A stretch of 64,000 bases of DNA from Octopus sinensis (GCF_006345805.1 NC_043013.1:22506001-22570000); one strand, 5' to 3'; positions 24,299-37,200 are shown, counted from the first letter of the stretch. The notes: generated by a model from the letters alone, not told the origin. Translations and numbers: made by a program.

Positions 24299-24712
24299 CG
24301 TAGGGCTGGCTGTGTAGTAAGTAGCTTGCTTACCAACCACATGGTTCTGGGTTCAGTCCCACTGCGTGGCACCTTGGGCAAGTGTCTTCTACTATAGCTT
24401 CGAGCCAACCAAATCTTTGTGAGTGGATTTGGTAGACGGAAACTGAAAGAAGCCCGTCGTATGTAAACCCATGCCAGCATGGAAAGCGGATGTTAAACGA
24501 TGATGATGATAGTATGTATGTGTGTTCGTGTTTGTCCCCCAGCATCACTTGACAACCGATGCTGGTGTGTTTATGTCCCTGTAACTTAACAGTTCAGCAA
24601 AATGACACCAATAGAAATAAGTACCAGGCTTACAAAGAATAAGTCCTGGGGTCAATTTGCTCAACTAAAGGCACTGCTCTAGCATGGCCACAGTCTAATG
24701 ACTGAAACATGA
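24296..24712 (+). mobile_element. Family A SINE, full length, with an RTE-tail fragment inserted at ~24465-24512
   Basis: ggcgtagggctggctgtgtagtaagtagc...ggttcagtccc...gactgaaac; internal aacccatgccagcatggaaagcggatgttaaacgatgatgatg. Confidence 0.85.
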
Positions 24713-24754
<42 letters not shown>

Positions 24755-24755
<1 letters not shown>

Positions 24756-25020
24756 CATGTTTCAGTCATTTGACAGTGGCCATGCTGGGGCAGTGCCCTG
24801 AGTTTTTAGTCAAATAAATCAAACCTAATATTCATTTCTTTTAAGCCTGGTACTTATTCTGTCAGTCACTTTTGCTGAACTGTTAAGTTATGGGGACATA
24901 AACACATCAACACCGGTTATCAAATACACAAATACACACACACATATCTGATGGGCTTCTTTCAGTTTTCATCTACCAAATTTCTCTCACAAGACTTTGG
25001 TCGGCCCAAGGTGGGACTGA
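24755..25020 (-). mobile_element. Family A SINE, 5'-truncated, tail-to-tail with the previous copy
   Basis: gtttcagtcatttgacagtggccatgctgg...gggcttctttcagttt. Confidence 0.75.
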
Positions 25021-26194
25021 AATAAAAAATGATTTACACGGCTCTAGCACAATGTATAAATGTTCAAAGTATGGCTTTGGTGCCAAATATTGCTTGATGA
25101 ATTATTATTCGTTATCTTTTTGAGGCCTAAATTTATTAAGTTATTTTATATGAATATTTTCGTCTGAAAGAAAAGGTGTATGATAAATCATACGCTGAGC
25201 ATTAATGGGTTGATCTGATGCACAGTTCCGTATGTTGATCCGCATATGCCTTTAACAGAGTCCATTCCATGGCAAACATTTGGACCAGGTCTTTGGTCTA
25301 AGAGTCATTTCCTCTTTTCTTCCTGCCAGACCCTGTGAAAAGGGTGAAAAGGTTGCCTTCCACTTCTAAGCCATCAGACAAAAATGTGGGCCAAATCATT
25401 ATTTATGGTGTTTGTGAATTTTGGCAATGTCAGTGGTGATTGGGTCAAGTTATTTTTACAATAAGTGATTTATTATTGCATTCTTTTGGAGTTATTTATT
25501 TTTATTTTATTATCTGTCCGGGTTTGATGAAATTACTGTCAGTGACATATTGAGGTGTGGTGCCCTTCCTTACTACCTGATAACACCTCAATCAGGTGAC
25601 TCTCAGTCAGGTGAATCACAGTTGGGTGCCTCTCAACTTTCAGTCTCAGCTAGGATACTCTCAACTGAGGTATTTCTAAATCGTGTACTTTTTACCAAAT
25701 AACTTTTTAGTGAGGCACACTTTTAGCTGGGACCCTTTTATCTGAGGCAGTTTTAATTTATGCAGTTCCTTGATCAGAGCAGTATCTCAATTCATTTCAC
25801 AGTCAAGTGTAGTCAGCAATTAACGCGGTGATGTAATCTGTTCAGAAGAAAAAAAAAAGGACCTCCTGTTCAGAGATTTCTCTGTGTTGTCCACTGGATG
25901 TGAAGAACCTATAAGTTCCACTCATTCTTTGAGCAACACTTTGAGCCCAGGAGGTGTTTATAGTTTTATGCATTTTTCCATACAAACATTGATGTAAACA
26001 AAAAGTAAGCTTTCAGCAAGAGTTTAATTTGTGTGGTTGGGAATTTCTCTACTCCCAATGAAAGACGACCCCAGAACACTGAACTTATTGGATGACAAAA
26101 GGCTGAGATGCCTGGTGCTTTGCTCTGCTCAAGAAGACCTGTCCTTCACAGTAGAAGTGTGAAGGCTGCATCCCCCTGGTGGAGAGGATTGGCT

Positions 26195-26412
26195 TGCAAG
26201 AGTCCTGTGCCAGTGCCACATGAAAATGCTCATGCTGGTGTCATGTTGAAAGCACCCAGTGGAGCACTCTGTAAAGTGGTTGGTGTTAGGAAGGGCATGT
26301 AACCATAGAAACCAAGGCAAATCAGACTGGAACCTTCAGCGCTGGTCAGTTCTGGTCCAAACGTCCAGCCCGTACCTGTGTGGAAAACAGATGTTAAAAG
26401 AGGATGATGATC
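26195..26412 (+). mobile_element. RTE LINE 3'-end fragment
   Basis: gtggttggtgttaggaagggcat...gatgttaaaagaggatgatgat. Other copies at ~22007-22150(-), 34825-35056(-), 57790-58070(+) and 59428-59625(-). Confidence 0.65.
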
Positions 26413-27228
26413 CAGGTTCAATTCCATTGTATGGCACCTTAGGTAAGCTTCTATCACAGCTTTGAGTGAAGTGATCAATTAGTGGAATTTGGTAAGATAA
26501 ACAATTGTGTCTTCTGTCTTTTAGTGAAAGACAGCGAGAAAATGTGACAAAACGGATCTTTTTAGAAATCCCCTGTAATCATTATTCCTGAATTGTATTG
26601 GTGATTCCTTGTTATGCTCAACATTGTGAATGCAGTGAACCATTGACAGACTCACTGGAAAACCTGTCACCAACAATGGTATTTGGTCATAAACTGCACA
26701 GACATACAAAAGAGGTGCAACCACATACAAACAGAACCGGATTGCAGGGGCACAAAGAGAATCCAAAACAATGCAAGTCTCTAGCCTTCAAATGCATTGC
26801 CTTCAGTGCCTGATCTGCGACAGAGCCTTCTGCGTAGGCATCAGACTGATTGGTCACGGTTGGACACACTGTGTGCTGTCTTCTTCTTCCATGTGATGGC
26901 GTTGATCATTGCTGACAACAACAAACAAACTAATAATAATAATAATACAAACATAAACCAAAACAAATAAATAAACTGAATCAGGACAGATTTCAGTTTC
27001 TTCTTGGATCTGGTTCACTTCAATCATTGTTTTTGTTTGTTTGTTTTTTGTTTTTATAATTTAGTCAGGCAAATGGACAGTTCTCCTGACCCCTATTAAG
27101 GTCTCTAAAACAGGCAGGAGTGGGGAAGGTCTCTTCAAATTGGAGACCTGCTTCAAATTCTTACAATTGAGTGGATTCTGCTAAAAACATCCAAAGACCA
27201 AGTGGTGTTGTTAATCCAGGTGATTTAA

Positions 27229-27437
27229 CTCATTAGCAATTAAACCGGCCATATCTGGCCCAAATATTCTACCTATCTTATGTTCAAACTAGCCAGATTT
27301 CGTCTCTCATACCTACCCTACAATGTAATTCTAAATATAAACAATAATCCCAAAGCTATGAAATAATGCAGGATTAATTCAAAACAATGTGAATGCATAA
27401 CCATTTTATTTGGCAGATTAACCTGAATGCTAAAGGG
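27229..27437 (+). mobile_element. piggyBac-like MITE family P2
   Basis: TTAA at 27225 and 27438, right TIR taaaggg, internal aaaccggccatatc. Confidence 0.8.
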
Positions 27438-28131
27438 TTAAATGATTCTATCCCTTCACCATTCTAGACTGGTACTTTATTTTTGGGCCCTAGAAGAATG
27501 AATGGTGCAGTTGACCTGGGAGGACCCAGAATGTAAGAAGTCTGAATAAATACAACATGACACCTTGTCTGATGCCTTAATAAATCCACAAATTCATCCC
27601 AAGTTGTTATTCTGTCAAGTTCTTGGAACAAAAGCTGAGCATCAAATATTTTATTTCTTCCTTTTCTAAAAATCTGTGGGGTTCCTATTTAATTGTTAGT
27701 TGTAAGGCGGGTTATTTAACAGTAAACATTATACCTTAATGGACCAAATGCCTTTAAGGGTTCTGAAATTCCTCCAAAGTTGATCCTGACTTTTATTTTG
27801 ATAGAATCAATGAAACAAATGCCAGGAATCTCCTGGGTTTGAATTAATCAGCTGAACTTATTCCTTCAAAGAAATTTGTTTTGTTGACATGTAGGTCAGC
27901 TCTGATTGAGTGGCCCTGAAGTAGATAAGGGGGTAGTTGGCCAAACATTGAGGCGTGAAATTGGTTTTGTGCATACATGAGGTAACTGATACTGGAACAG
28001 TAAGAAGTATATCACAAACTGAGCGGATTTATGTTGAAATTTTGTTTTTGAGTGGCAGAAGTATTGGGTGGGTGAGATGGAGGGTGGGGGCCCGAAAGAA
28101 TAAACTTTGCAATCCTACCATTTCCTTCAGT

Positions 28132-28171
<40 letters not shown>

Positions 28172-28387
28172 TATCTTCTGTGGCTTCAAGCATCTGTCAG
28201 ATGAAGAATCATTAAAGTAACTGTATGATAGATCTTGAGGAAGTCAGCTGAGATATTTTAGTTAAAAGGGGGGGGGAGGGCGAATTTGGAGAATGAATTA
28301 GAAGATTAAAAAAATTTAAATAAATTAAATAAAACGAAGATGGAAAAATCAAAAATAAACCTTCACCACCAGCCACCCGGACGTATA

Positions 28388-28421
<34 letters not shown>

Positions 28422-29029
28422 GTAGTAACTCAGTTAGGTGCCGGACAATATCCATTATATGTAGTTGTGACCTTTATTGTTTGCCAAAGTGATGTTCCAT
28501 TTGATATTAGGCTGTCTTACATTTATTTCTTAAGAAGTCATTATGGTTTTGCTATCACTCCTCCCTCTCTTTCCCCCCCCCTCTCTCTCAAAGCTGTGTG
28601 TCTGTGAGCCAAAACCTTTTTCTCTATTATCAAACATCTTTTATTGAAAAACCGAATTTTGTTCTGTTTGTTTTGAAATTATTTTTAGTTTTTTCCAATT
28701 CCTTACTGATTTCTTTAATCTTCCTAAGAGTTGTTGTTGTTGTTGTTGTTCTTCTTCTTCTTCTTCTTCTTCTCCTCCTCTTCTCTTCCTCCTTCTTCTC
28801 CTCCTCCTTTGCCTTCTTCTCTACATTGAATTAACATTTATCGCAGCCCATTTTATTGATGTTTCTAAGTCATGTGACCTTACCTCTAAGGTACCAAAAC
28901 CAAAGAATGCAGGAGGTTGTGTTATGTGTATCCGTGTATACTTGATTGGGTGTTATGTGTGTGTGTGTGTATGTGTATATTTGATTGTATTATCATTTCT
29001 AATTTTGGGTTACTAATTATTATTGTTAT

Positions 29030-29247
29030 TAAGGTAGCAAGCTGGCAGAATTGTTAGCATTCCAGACGAAATGCTTCAAGACAATTCTCCCGGATTTGTT
29101 CTGGGTTCAAATTTCACTGAGGTCGACTTCACCTTTCATCCTTTCGGGGTCGATAAATTAAGTACCAGTTGCGTTTTGGGGTCGATGTAATTGGCTACCT
29201 CACTCCCCACAAATTTCAGCTCTTGTGCCTCTAGTCGAAAGGGTTAT
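29030..29247 (+). mobile_element. SINE related to family C (same head and core, different tail)
   Basis: aagctggcagaattgttagc...gttcaaatt...cctttcatcctttcggggtcgataaattaagtaccag, then tail ccccacaaatttcagctcttgtgcctctagtcgaaaggg. Confidence 0.75.
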
Positions 29248-29615
29248 TAATGGTTTGTGCGAGATTGGTAGAGTGCCACTCATGTCCATAAAAAACCTGT
29301 TATGCGTTGTCATTTTTCACCATTTGAACTTATGTAGTTGTGAAGGCCCCAGTTTTAGAGGGTTGGCTTTTCTCTAGGCACAAACATGGCTGTGCAGTTA
29401 AGGAGCTCACTTTGCAACCAAATGCTTTGGGGTTCATCCCCAGTGTGCAGCCCCTAGGGAAACTGACCTCCACTATAGTCTCAGGCAAACTGATGATGCC
29501 TCAGGAATGGATTTAGTCGACAGGAACTGTGGAAGTCCATTGTACACATGCACACACACATGATGGGCTTCTTTCAGTTTCTGTCTCCCATGTAGAAGGA
29601 TTGGAAAAAGAACCA

Positions 29616-29797
29616 TTTGGAGTAAAGATTGTTTGCCAATGTAACATGGCACTCCTGGTTTAGGACAAATGTTGCTGTAATTTAGCCCCGGGAAACATTG
29701 TCTCCAGCTGGCTATATGACATGATCTGTGTCCTTATATTCCCTTGTTTGAAAATATAATGACAAATGTTACATTGGCAAATAATCTTTACTCCAAA
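29616..29797. mobile_element. Fold-back (MITE-like) repeat; second copy at ~42851-43020
   Basis: 32-bp inverted repeats tttggagtaaagattgtttgccaatgtaacat and atgttacattggcaaataatctttactccaaa. Confidence 0.7.
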
Positions 29798-29915
29798 GTA
29801 CTGTTGCTGAATATCTCTTGTTGTGAGATTTAAAAATAGTAATTTACTAAGACACTATTTGGTTAGGAAACAAACTTTTTAAGCACACAGATATGTTTGT
29901 ACATTATAACGATGG

Positions 29916-29963
<48 letters not shown>

Positions 29964-30017
29964 CACAGCATTGGTTAACCTAATCTTTGCTGGTTGTTTG
30001 AAATATCACCAAATACC

Positions 30018-30245
30018 TATTTCTTTACTACCCACAAGGGGCTAAACACAGAGGGGACAAACAAGGACAAATAGGATTAAGCCAATTACATCGACCCCAG
30101 TGCGTAACTTGTACTTAATTTATCGACCCCGAAAGGATGAATGGCAAAGTCGACCTTGGCGGAATTTGAACTCAGAATGTAACAGCAGACAAAATACAGC
30201 TACACATTTCACCCGGTGTGCTAATGTTTCTGCCAGCTCGCTGCC
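30018..30245 (-). mobile_element. tRNA-derived SINE family C with 23-bp TSD
   Basis: Reverse complement of 31157-31385. TSD tgtttgaaata(t/c)caccaaatacc at 29995-30017 and 30246-30268. Confidence 0.9.
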
Positions 30246-31156
30246 TGTTTGAAATACCACCAAATACCTTGTCTTTGAAGAGAGTGTCATTGCTATGTTG
30301 TTGCCTACACCTGTCTACCTCTCTTGATGAAAGCTGCAAGTCAGTTTTATAAAGAGTGAAAGAAATCCAATGACTCAACCAGGAATTGAACCTACAATGT
30401 CGTCTTGGTTTTCTCTTAGCTTACATTTACTTTAGAGATAAAGCCTAAATCTGTGTTTCCCTCCCCCTCGCTTTTTCTTCTTCTTCTCTCCCCCTCCCCT
30501 CCCTCCCTTAATGGATTCCCTGGATGCAGTAGATTAAAAATATTTCAAATAATCTACATTTCCTCTTTCTTCTTCGCAAAACTGTTTTCATTTCACCTCT
30601 TTTGTTTCCTTTTTATTTTATTTTATTTACTCATCTTTTTCCTTATTTATAAATGTTTTACTTGTCATTTTTGTTTCTTTCTTCCTATTTTGTTTTATTT
30701 ATTTGTCTTTGTTTATTTTTCTTTTCATCTCTCCTTCTCCCCCCCCCCCCCATTTCCTTCCACAGAAACCATTAAGACTTTAAAAACGAAACACTCGAAG
30801 CTGAATGATTTTTTCTTTTTTTTCTTCCTCTGCATGTCACTGACCTCAGAACCAAAACATTCACCAGCCATCTTCTTATTTATCCACCCACCCACCCACC
30901 CTATTCATTGAACCATCCAAGTTTACATCATACTCTGGCACAGGTGTGGCTCTGTGGTAAGAAGCTTGCTTCCCAGCTGCAGAGTTCCAAGTTCAGTTCC
31001 ACTGCATGACACATCTACTGTAGCCTCGGGCAGACCAAAGCTTTGAGAATGGATTTCATAGATGGAATCAAAAAGAAGCCCATTGTGTGTGTGTGTGTTT
31101 ATGTCCGTGTGACCCACCACCACTTGACAACCAGTATTGATGGTATACCTTCGAAG

Positions 31157-31385
31157 GCGGCGAGCTGGCAGAAGCGTTAGCACACCGGGCGAAATGCTTA
31201 GCGGTATTTCGTCTGTGTTACGTTGTGAGTTCAAATTCTGCCGAGGTCGACTTTGCCTTTCATCCTTTCGGGGTCGATAAATTAAGTACCAGTTACGCAC
31301 TGGGGTCGATGTAATCGACTTAATATCTATGTGTGTCCTTGTTTGTCCCCTCTGTGTTTAGCCCCTAGTGGGTAATAAAGAAATA
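31157..31385 (+). mobile_element. tRNA-derived SINE family C with 15-bp TSD, adjoining a family A SINE (30935-31141)
   Basis: Head ggcggcgagctggcagaagcgttagc, B-box gagttcaaattc, tail aataaagaaata. TSD ggtataccttcgaag at 31142-31156 and 31386-31400. Confidence 0.92.
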
Positions 31386-31484
31386 GGTATACCTTCGAAG
31401 TTTCATTCCCTAGTAAAACTCCATGTGTTTTAAACATTTTCTCATTATGTTCTTAGTCTTAGCACTTCATTATTTTACTGTAAG

Positions 31485-31710
31485 GAGTCATTGAGGAGGC
31501 TGTAAGATGGTTACTTGAGCTACTAGAAACAGCAGCCAAATCCATCGCATATACCCAACAAGCTTTAAAAATTGGGAAGGAGACATTGTATAATGAGGTC
31601 GAAGAGACAGTGTCTGGACAAAAACAAAATTGATGGGATGATCATGAACGGAATACCTTTGAGCATAGGTCATCTCAATCAGGGTTGACATGGGGCTAAA
31701 ACACAGCAAG
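31485..31710 (-). repeat. Unclassified old ~220-bp interspersed repeat (representative copy)
   Basis: Motifs ctgattgag, tcaaaggtattcc..catgaccatcc and gatttggctgctatttctag recur many times, e.g. ~17270, 17740, 36060, 41130, 43420, 44950, 47290, 50960, 59680, 61490. Confidence 0.6.
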
Positions 31711-32043
31711 CTCTGTTGTGCTGAATAATACCATTTTCTGTAAGGAGTAGAATGGTAAGATCAATTAGTTCTTAATTTATTGGTACTCTCCCCCCCCCCC
31801 CAATCTTCTAGAAGGACAAAAGAAGAAAGTCACCCCCAAGAAGTCACTCCCAAATGGGGTGGATTCCAATCAAAGTTTCTTATAAACATTGGATTTAAAT
31901 AATGTGAAACATTTAATTTCTGTCACCCAATGATTTGTTTTGATTTGGCTGCTACAAGACTGGCCAAAATTTAAAAAATAGAAAAAGCAGCCAAAGTGGA
32001 CAATCTTGTGTTCATGGAATGTTAAAAGACAAGGCTGGTTTAA

Positions 32044-32262
32044 CCCTTTATTATTTAAACCGGCCATATCCGGCCAAAATATTTAATCTGTTTTATGTTC
32101 AAACTGACCAGATCCAGGCCCTCACACCTACTCTACAATGTTATTCTACATTAAGTAATTGCACCATCAAGATCTTGAAGATATGAGATAATGCATGATT
32201 AATTCAAATAAATGGGCATCAATAGGTATTATGTTTGATAGAATAATCTGAACACTAAAGGG
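32044..32262 (+). mobile_element. piggyBac-like MITE family P2
   Basis: TTAA|CCCTTTA...TAAAGGG|TTAA (TTAA at 32040 and 32263). Confidence 0.88.
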
Positions 32263-32786
32263 TTAAGACAGGATTGGAACTTGGAACCAAGAGGGACAAA
32301 TTTGACTTGTACAAACTGGCAGTATTTACTAACCCCCTCTCCCTCCCTGCTTGTCCTCTATTATTTCAGTCATATGTCTACACCATTCTCATTGCCCAAG
32401 CTGAAATAATAATAGCTATTATCATACTCTGTTAAATAGCTACTTAGTGAAAGAAAAAAAGAGGAAAAAAAGAAAGAAAGAAAGAAAGAAAGAGAAAAGC
32501 CTGAACAGAAACACAAAGTCTACATAACATTGTAATCAAGCAGGACCAACGAGTAAATTGAGGCAAGATGTCTTGTATCATAACAGAGGGGAAATTAGTA
32601 GCAATAAATGTTGTCAATTAGTAGTTTTATATAAGTGACCAACCTACATTGGGCCTCTACACTTGTCATTTGTTTCATTTATTACCATATTTATTTACAA
32701 CTAAGCCTAATTAAGAATCCACAATTTTCCACATTTCTTTGTTTGCAATTTTGACATCCAATTGGTGTTGGTAGGTAAAAATAGTT

Positions 32787-33388
32787 CAAGGCGGCGAGCT
32801 GGCAGAAACGTTAGCATGCTGGGCGAAATGCTTGGCGGTATTTCATCTACCGTTACGTTCTGAGTTCAAATTCTGCCGAGGTCGACTTTGCCTTTCATCC
32901 TTTCGGGGTCGATAAATTCAGTACCAGTTATACACTGGGGTCGATATAATCGACTTAATCCGTTTGTCTGTCCTTGTTTATCCCCTCTGTGTTTAGCCCC
33001 TTGTGGGTAATAAAGAAATAGGTATTTCATCTACCGTTACGTTCTGAGTTCAAATTCTGCCGAGGTCAACTTTGCCTTTCATCCTTTCGGGGTCGATAAA
33101 TTAAGTACCAGTTACGCACTGGGGTCAATGTAATCGACTTAATACCTATGTTTGTCCTTGTTTGTCCCCTCTGTGTTTAGCCCCTTGTGGGTAATAAAGA
33201 AATAGGTATTTCATCTACCGTTACGTTCTGAGTTCAAATTCTGCCGAGGTCGACTTTGCCTTTCATCCTTTCAGGGTCAATAAATTAAGTACCAGTTACA
33301 CACTGGGGTCGATATAATCGACTTAATCTGTTTGTCTGTCCTTGTTTGTTCCCTCTGTGTTTAGCCCCTTGTGGGTAGTAAAGAAATA
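32787..33388 (+). mobile_element. Family C SINE trimer (one head, three 184-bp bodies) within a single 17-bp TSD
   Basis: TSD ggtaggtaaaaatagtt at 32770-32786 and 33389-33405. Bodies begin with ggta at 32837, 33021 and 33205. Confidence 0.92.
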
Positions 33389-33407
33389 GGTAGGTAAAAA
33401 TAGTTAA

Positions 33408-33805
33408 TCTTTATATATAAAAGAGAGGTTGTGTGTCTGTCTCCTACGATTTAGATTCCTAACTACTCCCACAGTTTGCGGTGCAGTTTAACCAAAACCG
33501 GGTATCTTATAGTCGTGATTCATATCGAGCCCTTCTGGGTATTAGCGCGCATCTACGATGAGTCTACGATTTTAAAAAAAATTTACCATAATTTTTTTCC
33601 ATTTTAAAGCATTTTTTCGCTATTATATAAGGGAAGTAACTCTCTAAAAATGTCTATGATGAGTCAACGATTTAAAAAAAAATTTACCATCATTTTTTCC
33701 CCATTTTTAATGCATTTTTTTGCTATTTTTTGGCTATAACTCTCTAAAAATGCTTATATAGTTATTTCCCTTACAAGCCTGAGCAACGCCGGGCGATACT
33801 GCTAG
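33408..33805 (+). mobile_element. Non-autonomous Helitron
   Basis: A|TCTTTATATATAAAAG at the 5' end; subterminal hairpin gcctg-agcaacgc-cgggc; CTAG|T at the 3' end; no TSD; internal ~100-bp duplication. Confidence 0.85.
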
Positions 33806-34224
33806 TGTTTTATAAATTTCAAATTTGAATTCATCAACACTCCTCCATTTGTTTATTCTTCCTTTCTGTTTCTTATTTTCTCAAACTTAACTTCTTTTTT
33901 ATCTTTTTCAAAGAATTTCACCATTGTTGGATCATTTTAGACTCTTGAAATAAAGAGACTTTTCTAAGCTGCTATAAAACAATCACATTTCGGTTAATCC
34001 ATTCCAAGCCTCTCTATTAGTTACTGTTGATACCCTGCAAACGGACTGCAGCTGCCGCCACCACCACCACCACCACCACCACCGCCACCATCTCGTTTCC
34101 AACTGAATATTATTGCTGATATATTTAATCCTTCACAGTTGGCATCACTCGAGAGTAACAACTATGAAATGTATGTACGGATGGATGGATGGATACATGT
34201 GTATGTATGTGCATAAATATTTAT

Positions 34225-34256
<32 letters not shown>

Positions 34257-37200
34257 GTTCTGGAAGTGTCAAACATGTTGGTATTTTACAGACAAAAGAG
34301 TAAACTTTGAATGGCATATAGCTGTGAAAAACAGCAGAGAAAGATTATTCACTCTTATAATAAGACAGAAAAAAGTTGCTAGCAAGCTGTGTGCGTGTAT
34401 GTGTGTATTATATATATTTTCATGTATGTATGCGTTAATTTATTTGTCCATTTTATAGCCATTTTCCATGTCAGCATGGATAAGATGGCAGGATTTCACA
34501 ACTGGACGATGCTCCATCAGTAAGCCGTACCCAGTTTTCAAGTAAAGGATTTTTTTCAACCTAGAAATCTTTTGAAGATACAGAGCAGCTTGCTCATAAT
34601 GCATCATTACCATTCCTCTTTTGTAGTGACAAGTGTAGAATATCAACATTCATCTACACACACACACACACACACAAATAATGTTAGATGATATTGTTCA
34701 AGTGTTTATTGTCTGCTTTGCTTCCAAGTGACTGACAGCCAACTATTGAATGCTGAGGTTGATTTAATCAACTCCCAAATTTGAAACTTCGTTTTCTTTA
34801 TCAGAAATCACTTTTATTCAAGTTCATCATCATCATTTAACATCAGTTTTCCAGGCTGGCATGGGTCGGATGGGTTGACTGGTGCTGGCAAGCCGGAGTG
34901 CTGCCCTTAGCTCCATTTGTCTGTTTTGCCATGGATTCTATGAGTGGATGCCCTGCCAAACAACAAGCACTTTACAGAGTGTATTGATTGCTTTTTAGGG
35001 GTCACCAACACCGGTACTTTTACGTGGCACTGATACAGGTGCTTTTTACATGGCATAAGGGACATTTCAGTCTGTGACTCCAACCATTCCTTTCAAGAAC
35101 ACACTGTAATACATAAGGTTAATGCTTAATGATGGGTTTCTCTACCATTAAACATTGGTAGAATACTGTTCGTGTTGCAGTTAATTCATAGAGAAAAACT
35201 TTGTACCTACTCCAATTTGTTGAACTGATGGAATAAAAAAACTAAATCTCTTGGAGAAATTCAAAGAAATGTTTGCAGAAGATTTGAATATTTAATGCTT
35301 GGAATATGCAGATGATGATGATGGTGGTTCTCCAAAGTTTAATCACACCTCCAAGAGTAGTTTTACCTATAACTGCAATCTTTTGGCACTCACTCTTCTA
35401 CCAATGTTTTCCCCAAAGCACCAACGATATCTACCTCTTTTAAGATTGTATAAATAATGTGATGATGATGATGGTAATGGAATTTAGGGAAATTTGGCTT
35501 AGAGTGATAGCAGAGAGGGCATGGCTGGAATGCTTTTGAACATGGGTCTGTTTGATCTGGACTGACCTAGGGCTAAGTTACAACATTCACATACAAACTT
35601 ACCAGGGAATGTCTGTGTCATTGGTGGATGCCACTTGGCTTGTCTGACCAACGGAGAAATGAAAAGGGATCCTGTACATAAAGTTATTCTAATTAGTAAA
35701 GTGGGTGCTAGCATACTTGATGTCATCAGCAGCCGAGAAATTTTAATTAATTAAAATTGCATCTTTAGTGATGACAGCCAACCATTATCTGACTAAATCT
35801 GGTAAAAAAAAGATAAAAATAAAAATGATTGGAGAATTTAAAAAAAATTAAAATAAAAAAATTTGGAGAAATAAAAAAAAAAGGCAAAAGATATAGTCTT
35901 AAATTTTATTTAAAAATAGAATGCAGTAGATAGTTTGATGTATAACAATTTGAAGACAACTCTGGACATGTTCCAGTCTAGTTAGACCTCATCATTGAAG
36001 CATAGTCTGACTCTGACTGCATGATCTGGGAATGACTGGAGAAAAATATAGGGTTTTCATGAATATGTAGCCACTCACTCTGCTAGAAATACCAGCCACA
36101 TTTCCTCTAAATCACACCCTAATGCTATCTTGTTAAAGATAATGTAATTCATAGATGTTCTTTATCTGAGAAAAAGATGTGTGGGGGACAACTGGACTAA
36201 AAGGTCTTTGACCGCAGATCAGCTCAGTCAGGGAGAGCCTGAAGGAGGCTAATCATCATCATCATCATCATCAGTAGGTTAACCCATTCATTTGGTGTCT
36301 GCAGGTGTTGGGTGCACTGTGTGCATTCTGGCAGCAGCTATTTCACCAGTTAACCCCCAAATTCCTCCTTTCTTCCTCCTAATGCCAAATGTCCACTGCA
36401 CTCGAACAGTTACCATTAGAGATAAACATAATTTTAATGTCGACAATTTAAACCTTTACTGTAAACACACTTTTCGGCTGCTCTGTCTTTTAGTTGTTGT
36501 TCTTCACAACAGTTTGGCCATAAATATACTTCCACAAGTTACTACTTTGCATGAATGGAATGACACTTCCCCATTTCTATTTTCTGTTTGTTCTTTTTTT
36601 CTTTCATATCCTGGAAGTAAACACTTAATTTTTACTCAGTGAAACGTGACAAAGAATTCTTGGAGGGCATTGACAGACATTTCTGCCAGGAATGTGGTGA
36701 TATATCAGAGACATAGTTTTAGGTGACATAATAATAATACAAATAATGATAATAATGATAATTCTTCCTAATCTTAACACAAGCTCTGCAGTTTATAAGG
36801 GGAGGGGTAAGCCGATTACATCGACCCCCCCCACCCCGTGCTGAACTGGTATTTTATTGTCCCCAAATGGCCTGACCAGGGCTCTCCGTTAGTTACAATA
36901 ATGAATGTTCTAATTGATTTGACTAACGGAACAGCCTGCTCATGAAATTAAACCTGTAAGTGGTTGAGTGCTCCACAGACCCTTAAACGTAGTTCTCAGT
37001 GAGATTCAGCCCAACACAGAATGTGACAAGGCAACCCTTTGAATTTACAGGCGCCACTCATTTCTGCTTGCTGAGTGGGCTGGAGCATTGCAAAATAAAG
37101 TGTCTTGCTCAAGGGAGTCAAACTCACAACCTTACAACCATGAGCTGGGCCCCACCTCATCACTTGTCCCCCAAAAGGTAAAAGGCAAAGTTGATTTTGG

